Shown here piece by piece: positions 47,966 to 56,487 of a DNA stretch of 64,000 nt. Under the pieces are notes generated by a model. The model did no database searches. It was not told the DNA's origin and saw nothing but the letters and a program-made list of their open reading frames with translations. A program made the position numbers and the translations under genes. Source of the stretch: a virus; the IMG/VR virus record IMGVR_UViG_3300031548_000001, positions 1 to 64,000 of that record; one strand, given 5' to 3'. The first letter of the stretch is position 1. The number at the start of each line of letters is the position of its first letter.

Positions 47966-50900
47966 TTATGCGTTACCGACGCGATGGCCGGTGATGGTGT
48001 GAACGAGTTGATCGGTGCCGTTGCTGTTTGCCCAGAGGTCAACAGTGGCGTTGAAACGGGTGGCAAGGGTCACGTCGTTGAGTCCGGCGGCGGCGGTGAT
48101 GCCGGAGGCGTATTGCGTGCCCGCGCTCGCATTGCCCAGGCTGACGGTTTTTGACGTGCCAAGATTGTTGATCACCCAGCTGTCGATGCGGTGGCGGTTG
48201 GTCTCAATGAACACGCTCCCGCCGAGCAGCTGCTGATTGCCGCTCGTCGCTGTCGATGTGACGATGCGCCAGTCGCGCTTCTGAGTGGTCGGCGTCATGC
48301 CGACCAATCGGGCGCAGTTGCCGCCGATGGTTGTCCAGTCGTCGATGACGGGGATTGGTTGAACACCGGGAAGGGAAATAGCGCCGACCCGATTGGCTTT
48401 CACATTCTTAAAATAGGCTTTGTCGCCGGTGCCCAATGTGCCGCCCGAGTTTGGGGCGACCGATAGGCGGAATTGTAGCCCGCCACCGATCCATGGAATC
48501 GTCAGGTCGTAGGAAGTCCACGTGTCGGCGACAGGCTGAACCGCAAACCCAGTGAGCGCCGAATTATCGTTTCGGATACCAATATATACGCCCGTCGTGT
48601 TGGCCGAAGGCCGATAAACATCAAACCGGAGTCGAATGTATGCGCCGTATTGAATGGATGAAGCGAATCCCCTGTTTGCGGCGGCGGAAGTTCCGCCACC
48701 GGTATTGAGCTCAAGGACGTTATCCACCCCACCGATACTATCGACGTTACCAACGACGGCACCGTTCGACGCGCTCCACGAATCAACTCCAGCCGAGAAG
48801 TCGGAATTAATTTCAAGGACTTGGCTACCGCCGAACGCTACCCACGCCGGAGGCTTGCCCGTGGTCCGCCAGGCAGTTCGTTCGGCATCCGTGAGCGAAG
48901 CATTGATCCAACATCCGACGGGCGCGGGGCCAGCGGGCCAATTTAGGCCGATCACGTAGGTTGTGCAATTCAGGCTAGAGTCCAGCCAGTTGGGTGGGGT
49001 TCCAGTAACGGTCGGACCGGAAATTAATGTGGAAATATCTACATCATTAAAATACGCGGACGGGTTAGTTGTGCCGGTTGCAAACTTGAGCTCCAAGAAA
49101 CCGCCGTTGGTCAGATAGCCGGATCGGAACCCGCTGATACTTACCGAGCGTCGATCTCCATTAACCGCGCCGACCGCTTCGATGCTCAAAAGCCCAGAGG
49201 TATTGATATAGACTTCCAAGCGGTGCGCAATTCCGTTGCCTCCGTCGCTACTGATTATCGCCAACCAGCAAGTCGCCGCTGGATTGGTTGCCATGGGAGG
49301 CACCCAAAGCCGGAGTGCTGCAACAGCTGCCCCAGCGACATTGCCGCGAGCGCCCGGTGTTTGCCGGATGGAACGGTTGCTCGTCGCTCCATCGGAGATG
49401 ATCTGGTCGGAGCCAAGGCGCTGAGCGAAGATCGGTTCGGCATAAGCCTTTAGCGTGGTGGTGGTAACCCTACCCGTCGGGGCAATCGGCAGCATTCCTG
49501 TCAGCGTCGCGATATTCTGGCCGATGGATGTGACGTCGTCGATGTATGTGCTCTGAACACTCGGCAGGGAGAGGGCGCCACCCGAGAAAAGTTCGACGTC
49601 GTCGAGGTCGATTGAGTCCCCAATTGATCCGCCTGCGCCCGCCCAAGAAAACGTGAGCCAGCTACCGGAGGCGGCGGTAAGCTCGAACGTCAGTATGTAT
49701 TGAACCCACGACCCAGTTGGGACGATGGTCTGTCCAGCGCTGGCTGCGCCAGCGCCGAATGGCTTGTTAAACGCGACAACGATCCCCGGTCCGGCGATGC
49801 CAGTTGTTGAGCGAATCCAAAACCTAACTTGCACCTTGCCGCCGATGAAATTGATAGTCGGATTTGCCATGCCTGTGAGGCTGCCATTGCGTCCGGCCGT
49901 CGTTGCGGATTGAGCGATTCGGATGAAAAAACTACCGGCACCCCCATCACGGGCTCCCGCCTCCGAAGTCACGGTAGCGGATGAGCCTTGGGTGTCTGTC
50001 GTGACATTAGCGTCGGTGCTACCCAACGAGAATGCGCGGGCTGACGGCACCCCGGTTACGGTACTACCTCCGAATGAAACCCACGCGGGCGGCGTTCCGG
50101 TCGTGTCCCAATAGGTGCGTTCTGCATCACTCAAAGCGCCAAGAATCCAGCAACCGAGCGGGGCCGGGCCAGCGGGCCAGTTGTAGCCAGTCGTATGATA
50201 CGTCGAAACAAGGGCAGTATCTAGCCAAGCTGGCGGTGTGCCGTTGGTGCTGGCGGCAAAACCCGCGCTGATATCCACGCCATTCCATCGCACAACAGGG
50301 TTGGTTGTGCCTTGGACCAAATACACCTCAAGGGTCCCGGTTTGGCCGGAGTAAATCGTCCGAAACGTGCTATGGTTAAACAGCCGGAGGTCTGTCGCCA
50401 CACTTGCCCCGTCTGCACGGATAGTAAGCGCATTGCCGCCAAATCGAATGTCGATGTGGTGCGCAAGAATCCCAGGCTCGGAGCCCGACGCACTCGCCAA
50501 TCCCGCCACATACGCCGTGCCGGATGGGGCACTTGACGGCACCGTGATCCGCCCGCGCCACGTCGCCGCCGCCGCGCCCGCGAGCCAGCCACGCGTCCCC
50601 GAGAAGAACGGTCCTTGTATCTGTGCCCGGTTGGCCGTCGTGCCGTCACTGTAGATATAACCCGTGTCGCGCACCCACGCGTTGAAGCGGTCGTCAATGA
50701 GCGTTTGATGTCCAGAGTAGTATCCCGGGAGCTGTGTCCACGAGCCGGAAACGCCGTTGTAGATCGCGGCGTCGCCGATTGCCCAGGTCTTGGACTGGGA
50801 CGTGCCGGCGGACGTGATGCGGTAGTGATCGCCCGTCGCCGTCGAGGTCGCAGGCACCGATGCGCCGGCGAGACCACCCTTGAATGCCTGCGCGATCGCG

Positions 50901-51376
50901 TTGAGCGCGGTCGCCGCAGACGCCGCAGCTTCATTCGCTTTGGTGGTTGCAGTCGCAGCTTGTGCGGTCGCGGTAGTCGCTTGAGTCGTGGCAGTCGTGG
51001 CAGATCCAGCCGCAGCCGTCGCCGACGCCGAAGCAGCGCTTGCTTGAGTTGTGGCGGTGGTGGCGGATGTTGCAGCAGAGGTCGCGCTGGTTGCAGCCGC
51101 CGTTTCGCTCGTCGCCGCGGCAGTGGCTGACGTGGCAGCCGCAGTGGCCTGAGTGGTCGCCGTTGTGGCGCTGGTTGCAGCAGCCGTAGCTGAGGTCGCA
51201 GCATTACTCGCTGAAGTTGCAGCTGCCGTCGCCGAACCGGCCGCAGCCGTGGCACTGCCCGCAGCTGCCGTTGCTGATGTTGCGGCAGCGGTAGCGCTGG
51301 CAGCTACGGCGGCTGTCAAATCAGTTTGGATTTGAGCGATAGCACTTGCCTTGAGGAGTTCTACGGTGGTGGACAT
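47966..51376 (-). CDS. Large fibre / receptor-binding protein
   Basis: SATAAA-type stalk repeats followed by a duplicated beta-rich module. Confidence 0.8.
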   Translation of the reverse strand: MSTTVELLKASAIAQIQTDLTAAVAASATAAATSATAAAGSATAAAGSATAAATSASNAATSATAAATSATTATTQATAAATSATAAATSETAAATSATSAATSATTATTQASAASASATAAAGSATTATTQATTATAQAATATTKANEAAASAATALNAIAQAFKGGLAGASVPATSTATGDHYRITSAGTSQSKTWAIGDAAIYNGVSGSWTQLPGYYSGHQTLIDDRFNAWVRDTGYIYSDGTTANRAQIQGPFFSGTRGWLAGAAAATWRGRITVPSSAPSGTAYVAGLASASGSEPGILAHHIDIRFGGNALTIRADGASVATDLRLFNHSTFRTIYSGQTGTLEVYLVQGTTNPVVRWNGVDISAGFAASTNGTPPAWLDTALVSTYHTTGYNWPAGPAPLGCWILGALSDAERTYWDTTGTPPAWVSFGGSTVTGVPSARAFSLGSTDANVTTDTQGSSATVTSEAGARDGGAGSFFIRIAQSATTAGRNGSLTGMANPTINFIGGKVQVRFWIRSTTGIAGPGIVVAFNKPFGAGAASAGQTIVPTGSWVQYILTFELTAASGSWLTFSWAGAGGSIGDSIDLDDVELFSGGALSLPSVQSTYIDDVTSIGQNIATLTGMLPIAPTGRVTTTTLKAYAEPIFAQRLGSDQIISDGATSNRSIRQTPGARGNVAGAAVAALRLWVPPMATNPAATCWLAIISSDGGNGIAHRLEVYINTSGLLSIEAVGAVNGDRRSVSISGFRSGYLTNGGFLELKFATGTTNPSAYFNDVDISTLISGPTVTGTPPNWLDSSLNCTTYVIGLNWPAGPAPVGCWINASLTDAERTAWRTTGKPPAWVAFGGSQVLEINSDFSAGVDSWSASNGAVVGNVDSIGGVDNVLELNTGGGTSAAANRGFASSIQYGAYIRLRFDVYRPSANTTGVYIGIRNDNSALTGFAVQPVADTWTSYDLTIPWIGGGLQFRLSVAPNSGGTLGTGDKAYFKNVKANRVGAISLPGVQPIPVIDDWTTIGGNCARLVGMTPTTQKRDWRIVTSTATSGNQQLLGGSVFIETNRHRIDSWVINNLGTSKTVSLGNASAGTQYASGITAAAGLNDVTLATRFNATVDLWANSNGTDQLVHTITGHRVGNA

Positions 51377-51379
51377 GGC

Positions 51380-52177
51380 TTAATTTGGGAAAGTGATGAT
51401 CGAGGAAGGGTAGGGGCCGGAACCGTCTTCCACGGTGATGTTGTCGCCGGCGGCAAGGGTCGCGCTGGTGTCGTTTTGGCCAACCAGCACCATGATGTTT
51501 CCAGTCGCGGCGACGGCGGTGGCAGCAGCGGTTTCAGCAGCGGTCTTTGATGCAAGAGATGAAGCGGCACTGCTTGCCGAATCGGTTGCACTGGCATCCG
51601 AGGCGGTTGCCGATGTTGCGGCAGCTGATGCAGACGCCGCAGCAGCACTGGCAGACCCCGCCGCCGCAGTTGCCGACGTGGCCGCGGCAGCGGCTGACGT
51701 AGCCGCAGCCGTGGCGCTCGTTGCTGCAGCCGTAGCAGCCGATTCAGCCGCTGTCTTCGCTGTAATGATAGCCGCCAGCGCACTATCAGGTGAAATAGGC
51801 TCGGTGGTGTGAATCGGCACCGACGCACCCGATTCACGAGTGATGTCCCGCTTCAGGATCATCTTTCCAAAAGCAAGCGTCTTACGTGCGCCCGTAGCCG
51901 AATTCACTGCCTGGATGTCGCAGACTATCGTTCCGGCCCGGGCCGACAACGTATCGTCGGGCACAACCGCGATGTTCGCGTAATACTTTCCGCCAGACTC
52001 CTCGGTCGTGATGCCTGCACCGGTGGTCTTCTGGAAGATCGAATCCACATCGGCATCCTCAGCGTCAGCCTTCGCGGTGAACGTCAGGACGTGTCCGGAG
52101 GGGTTGAAAGCTACGCCTGCGATTGCTAGTGCAACCCTGTGCGTGGCGCTATCACCGATGAATTGTTCGAGATGCAT
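51380..52177 (-). CDS. Fibre anchor protein (BppU-like N-terminus, Ala/Ser/Thr repeats)
   Basis: GDS...DIQ...G...DIT pattern and SATAAA repeats. Confidence 0.65.
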   Translation of the reverse strand: MHLEQFIGDSATHRVALAIAGVAFNPSGHVLTFTAKADAEDADVDSIFQKTTGAGITTEESGGKYYANIAVVPDDTLSARAGTIVCDIQAVNSATGARKTLAFGKMILKRDITRESGASVPIHTTEPISPDSALAAIITAKTAAESAATAAATSATAAATSAAAAATSATAAAGSASAAAASASAAATSATASDASATDSASSAASSLASKTAAETAAATAVAATGNIMVLVGQNDTSATLAAGDNITVEDGSGPYPSSIITFPN

Positions 52178-52231
52178 GCTGGCTCGTCCGTCATGTCGGA
52201 ACGGCCAGCGGTGCTGTCAATTTTCAGGCAC

Positions 52232-52263
52232 AAAAAAGGCGTCACCCCGTGTGAGGCGACGCC
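52232..52263 (-). terminator. Intrinsic terminator
   Basis: GGCGTCGCC/GGTGACGCC stem plus T6. Confidence 0.85.
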
Positions 52264-52278
52264 GTGGGCGAGGTGAAA

Positions 52279-52734
52279 TCAGAACTCCAAGCCACTATAA
52301 AACGGGTTGCCTGTGAGGATAGAGAAAGCGGTGAGTTTGAGCCAAACGTCGTGGCGATGGTTCCAGTTATCAATCATCATCCACCTCATAACTTCATCAC
52401 TTGTAGCATCATGTGAAATATTAATGATTGTTGTTTTCTCGTCGAGCTTGGCCTTGAGTATATCCATTGTATCCAGAGCGCAAGCACAGCGCATCCAGAT
52501 GAGATAACGGTGATGCTCGCACGGGGCCGACGCGTTTTCGTTAAGCATCGCGTCTATGATGTCGGAACACTCGTTTCGGCACCGATTCTCCAGCAATTTT
52601 AGGCCGACGTATAGGTCGTGGGCGTTGCGTCCACGCCATTCAGCCGCCGGCACGAGGCCCAGCTCTTGCATGCGGTCTTGAATGCCGACGATGAGGCTGA
52701 AGGCAACTTTTAGCTTTTCTTCCATGGTGCTCAC
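52279..52734 (-). CDS. Hypothetical protein
   Basis: GTGA-coupled ORF. Confidence 0.6.
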   Translation of the reverse strand: MSTMEEKLKVAFSLIVGIQDRMQELGLVPAAEWRGRNAHDLYVGLKLLENRCRNECSDIIDAMLNENASAPCEHHRYLIWMRCACALDTMDILKAKLDEKTTIINISHDATSDEVMRWMMIDNWNHRHDVWLKLTAFSILTGNPFYSGLEF

Positions 52735-53048
52735 GTCACCGGCGATTCGTCCGTCGGCATCGGCACAAAGAGGCCCTCGAATACATGCGTCAGGGGACGG
52801 CCCTTGGTGTTGTCATCGACGATGCGATTCAGATGTCCGCCGGTCAGTGGGATCGCGTATTTCACGGTGCCACCGCCTTGTAGTGGGATCTCACATTCAG
52901 CCATCACGAAGGGCTGGTGCGCCTCAGTCGGCCCATCGGTTAATTTCAATGTCGCAGAGACAGCGACAGGAAAGCCGTTGTGAATGAAGGATACCGCGAT
53001 GGCTTTAGAAGCAAGGGCTCGAATCTTTTCGTGTGGCATATCAGCCAC
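52731..53048 (-). CDS. Hypothetical protein
   Basis: ORF within the accessory block. Confidence 0.55.
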   Translation of the reverse strand: MADMPHEKIRALASKAIAVSFIHNGFPVAVSATLKLTDGPTEAHQPFVMAECEIPLQGGGTVKYAIPLTGGHLNRIVDDNTKGRPLTHVFEGLFVPMPTDESPVT

Positions 53049-53087
53049 TTAGCCAACGGCACCGCGCTCTTTCAAGCGAATTGCCCG

Positions 53088-53522
53088 TCAGTTGAAAGCC
53101 GCATCGTCGCCCGGCGTGTTGGGCATCGTCCGAGGCATGACCGACAGGTCCACTTTGGCGCCAAAATCCATGTAGAGGTTCCAAGCACGCCGCCCGTGCG
53201 GCTTGATGCATGCTCCGTCCGCATCATGAGGTTCTCTGCCAGGGCGGGCATTCTCCGCATCGACGATCTGCTTCACGAAATCAGGGTTATCCGGGAACTG
53301 GCGGCGTGTGATGCCCTCGTAGTCGCAGGCCCCGATGTGTTTCATGAGCGCGTCCTTCAACTCGATAGGGCCCACCGCTTCGTCAGTCCATGGGATCGCC
53401 ACAAGGTCGAGGTCAGACGTAACCGTGCCGTGCATGGCGAGCGCGTAACCGTGTTTGCGGGCGACGACGCAAAGTCCGTGGTAGAGGCAGGCGTAGAAGG
53501 GAGCGCGTGTCGGGTCTTTCAC
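53088..53522 (-). CDS. Conserved phage protein (nucleotidyltransferase-like HG..DLDL motif)
   Basis: GYALAMHGTVTSDLDLVAIPW, KPHGRRAW, VDLSVMP. Confidence 0.7.
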   Translation of the reverse strand: MKDPTRAPFYACLYHGLCVVARKHGYALAMHGTVTSDLDLVAIPWTDEAVGPIELKDALMKHIGACDYEGITRRQFPDNPDFVKQIVDAENARPGREPHDADGACIKPHGRRAWNLYMDFGAKVDLSVMPRTMPNTPGDDAAFN

Positions 53523-53611
53523 TCAACGTCCTCCGGTGGGTGCATCGGGCCGGTGTCTTTCCAAACGATCACAAGCACTGCAATTATGGCGATGATAGCG
53601 ACAGTCTTCAT
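53519..53611 (-). CDS. 30-aa membrane peptide
   Basis: MKTVAIIAIIAVLVIVWKD... behind a leader. Confidence 0.6.
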   Translation of the reverse strand: MKTVAIIAIIAVLVIVWKDTGPMHPPEDVE

Positions 53612-53680
53612 TTCGTTTCGGGTATCTGCCCCCACGAATGACGCAGCGTCGATGTCGTCAAACTCTACGCATGAAAAAGG

Positions 53681-53888
53681 TGAGAGCGGGAGGATTTGAA
53701 CCTCCGAAGGCTGTAGTCCGATTCCCATTCTGGAATCATTCTCCTTTGCGTGAGCGGCGGGACGCTTTTACCACGCAAATTAGCGGAGAATTTTGGCCAG
53801 CCCTATGACCCGCATCCTGCTATTATCTGGTCACTGCATTCGACCTATACGTTTCGTTGCCTACCGCGTATGCCTGTGCCACGCTCTC
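53681..53888 (-). ncRNA. Large tRNA-like RNA (208 nt) with a multi-hairpin domain replacing the anticodon loop
   Basis: Perfect acceptor GAGAGCG/CGCTCTC-A-CC; T arm GGAGG-TTCAAAT-CCTCC; GTAG/CTAC stem enclosing ~145 nt of hairpins. Confidence 0.8.
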
Positions 53889-53935
53889 AGGAATTGGGTG
53901 GAGCAAATTGACGGATTGGTCAATTACACACCAAG

Positions 53936-53961
53936 AAAAAGGCCTCCGCAGAACGTAGGCC
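53936..53961 (-). terminator. Intrinsic terminator
   Basis: GGCCT..CG/CG..AGGCC stem plus T5. Confidence 0.7.
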
Positions 53962-54105
53962 CAGCTCATCCCGCCATGGGTGGGTGAAAAACAAAAACCC
54001 GAGATTCATCATCAGCAGTGCATGAGCACCACCAACGCTAGGAATGGCCCCGGGACAGTGCTTCAAACATGGTTATGCATGATACTAGGTCAACCATTAC
54101 ATGCG

Positions 54106-55029
54106 TCACTCTTCGCCGACGAACTTCTCCGGCACGATACAGCCTGTATGTGATGGGTGGAAACGCAGCTTATCCACGTCATAGACCGGCACATTCTTGA
54201 TGTTGCACGTCGATTCCCCGCGATACTGCGGTGACCGGGCCTCGCGTGCCTGGCAGCCAATGACGCTTACCGTCAGCACCGTCGACGACTCGACGAGCGC
54301 CTGCTTCGTGCCTTCGTCCACCGCGTTTCCGATCTCCGTGCGTGCGATCGTCGGGATGCGTGCGGCTTCAATCTCCGGGATCTTCTCACGAATCGTGCGC
54401 ACCGCCTCGGCGACGGTCTGCTTTTCCTCCAGCGCCTGCTCGAGCACGTTGGCAAGCTGGGTGCGCGTCGTGTCGTTGATGCTGGTGACCTCGCGGGCAA
54501 GGTTCTGGGACCGGCGAAGGATCGAAACGGACCGATCCGGGGCCAACTCCTCACCGATGAAAAGTGATGTGCGCTCATAGGCACGGGCTGCGATGCTTTG
54601 GACGATTGGCGTGTAAGCCGCGATGAGTTCGGCATCGGCCGCTGCACCAAACGCTTCAATGAGCGCCGTGCGCCACACCTGTTCGGTCGCGTTGAGCGTC
54701 ACCGTTTCCTCGAAATCTTTCGTCTGCCATGCCGATGCCGACCGCGTGAGCGAGACCGACACACGCACCTGTGCCATGACTGAGTCGCAAAACTTGTTTA
54801 TGCGGGCGTCGAAGAACTCCGAAAGGAACGCGGCCAGACGACGCTGGCCATCGACCATCAGCAGGCGGCGCGTGCGCACCATGTCGCGGTGGATCTTGGC
54901 GATTTGGGCCGTTGCCGCCTTGCCGCCGGCGCCGGTCGCGACATGCGACGTCCGGTAGCAGGCGAGCATCTTCGTCGCAGACTTTGGCCGGTAGCAGCCG
55001 CAATCAGGCTCATCGAATACGAGAGCCAT
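54106..55029 (-). CDS. Minor head protein (Mu gpF / SPP1 gp7-like)
   Basis: INDTTR, IARTE and HPSHTGC motifs; follows the portal. Confidence 0.85.
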   Translation of the reverse strand: MALVFDEPDCGCYRPKSATKMLACYRTSHVATGAGGKAATAQIAKIHRDMVRTRRLLMVDGQRRLAAFLSEFFDARINKFCDSVMAQVRVSVSLTRSASAWQTKDFEETVTLNATEQVWRTALIEAFGAAADAELIAAYTPIVQSIAARAYERTSLFIGEELAPDRSVSILRRSQNLAREVTSINDTTRTQLANVLEQALEEKQTVAEAVRTIREKIPEIEAARIPTIARTEIGNAVDEGTKQALVESSTVLTVSVIGCQAREARSPQYRGESTCNIKNVPVYDVDKLRFHPSHTGCIVPEKFVGEE

Positions 55030-55034
55030 GGCGA

Positions 55035-56414
55035 TCAGGCCGCCTCCGGCTCTTCCTTCGGCTTGCGCTCAGGCACGGAGTCATCCGTCGGCACTTCAGC
55101 CAGGCCGGCCATCTCCAGCGGGATGTAATCCTTCTTGATCATGTATTGATCGAGCATCGGGTTGTTCTCGCGGGCGAGGCCACCGAGTTCGCGCAGCTGA
55201 TTGCCGGTCAGGCCGCCGCGGTCGAACAGCGGACCGTAGTCCTTCATGACCTGCTCGACATCGATCAGGCCGGTGAGGGGGAAGTCCAGCTTCAGGTTCT
55301 CGTGGAACGCAGGGATCAGGCCATGCGGCGAATTGAGCTTGTCGGTTATGAGATTCACCATCGGCAGGCACTTATGCTTGCGGTGATTCATTTCCTCGAC
55401 ACGGGCCGTTGCAAAGTTCGCGGATCCGAAGCCGGCGACGGATAGCGGCACGCCGTGGTTCAGGAAAATGTGCTCGATGTTCACCTTCTCCTTTTCCATC
55501 TCCTGCATTTCGGCCGCAGTGATACCCATCTGGAGCAGCGACCACTTACCGTTCATCCATGCGATCTTGCCGGCGTTTTTCACGCCGCCGTAGTTCTGCT
55601 GGAACGCAGCCTTTGTCTTCTGCCAATCCTCATCGGAGCCATCCCACTCCTCGCGAACAAGGATACCCGACGGAACAGCGCCGTTTGCCATGAAGCGCGT
55701 CTTGTAGAGCGACCGGTTGATGAAGTCCTCGTAGAGGGACTCGCCTTGCTCGATGGAGCCTAGGCCCCAGAGCGGGTTATTGGCGTGCGGGCGCTTGAAG
55801 TGGATGATCTCGTCTGGCGTGAAATTGATTTCGGTTCCGTTCACCGAGTAGGTGTATTTCGCCACCTTGGCATTGCGATCTGGCGTGATCTGCATGCACC
55901 GCGGATTCAACCAGTAGATATTGTTCGGCTGACCCAAGCCGTTCATCTCGTCCTTAAACCAGAATCCGCTGCCAGTGAACTCCAAGTGGGCCACGAGCAG
56001 ATACAGCATCTCCGAAATGGTATCGTGGGGGTTAGGATTGGCCAGCAGGCGCACGAGCTCGGGATCTGCCTTGATCGCCTTCTTCTTCTTTTTGGCCTCG
56101 GCGTCACGGTGGGCCAGCTTCATGTCGGTCGAGATGACGACATTGGCCGTGATGTCCACGGCGCGAGCCGCTGCCCAGACGCGCTTGGTTCCAGCATCCA
56201 AGAAAGAGGAGTATCCAGAAAACTGATGCGTGCGGATGCCAGGCACGACGTCGGCGAAGCCGCCACCGCTGAACAGGTCTATACCGTCTTCATCAGCATT
56301 GATGCCGGAGAGGCGCTTCTGGTCGTTGCTACGCAGGGCCAGAGTGAGGTCGCTTCGGCTCTTGATGACCGCGGCGGCCTTGGCTGTGGGTGTTCCGTAG
56401 ATGCGTGGCGTCAT
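55035..56414 (-). CDS. HK97-family portal protein
   Basis: LLANPNPH, EIIHFK, WGLG, NGAVPSGIL, NAGK, GVP; start uncertain (56414 or 56435). Confidence 0.95.
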   Translation of the reverse strand: MTPRIYGTPTAKAAAVIKSRSDLTLALRSNDQKRLSGINADEDGIDLFSGGGFADVVPGIRTHQFSGYSSFLDAGTKRVWAAARAVDITANVVISTDMKLAHRDAEAKKKKKAIKADPELVRLLANPNPHDTISEMLYLLVAHLEFTGSGFWFKDEMNGLGQPNNIYWLNPRCMQITPDRNAKVAKYTYSVNGTEINFTPDEIIHFKRPHANNPLWGLGSIEQGESLYEDFINRSLYKTRFMANGAVPSGILVREEWDGSDEDWQKTKAAFQQNYGGVKNAGKIAWMNGKWSLLQMGITAAEMQEMEKEKVNIEHIFLNHGVPLSVAGFGSANFATARVEEMNHRKHKCLPMVNLITDKLNSPHGLIPAFHENLKLDFPLTGLIDVEQVMKDYGPLFDRGGLTGNQLRELGGLARENNPMLDQYMIKKDYIPLEMAGLAEVPTDDSVPERKPKEEPEAA

Positions 56415-56487
56415 GTGGTCCGATAGTTTTACCAATGGAGACGAAGGGCTACTCGTCCAGAAATGGGTGTGAAAAAGTTGCGCATGG

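Noticed and set aside
47966-51376. Diversity-generating retroelement TR/VR pair
   Set aside because: The duplication is an in-frame, broadly diverged protein module; no reverse transcriptase is in the window.
32610-51382. Stop-codon readthrough at in-frame TAA-NCC-ATG junctions (32616, 34151, 51380)
   Set aside because: The same CC-ATG context also occurs out of frame (32424), so it is better explained as ordinary gene spacing.
53681-53888. tmRNA or group I intron-containing tRNA
   Set aside because: No G3:U70, no plausible tag ORF ending in Ala-Ala, and no recognisable P7 elements; kept as an unclassified tRNA-like RNA.
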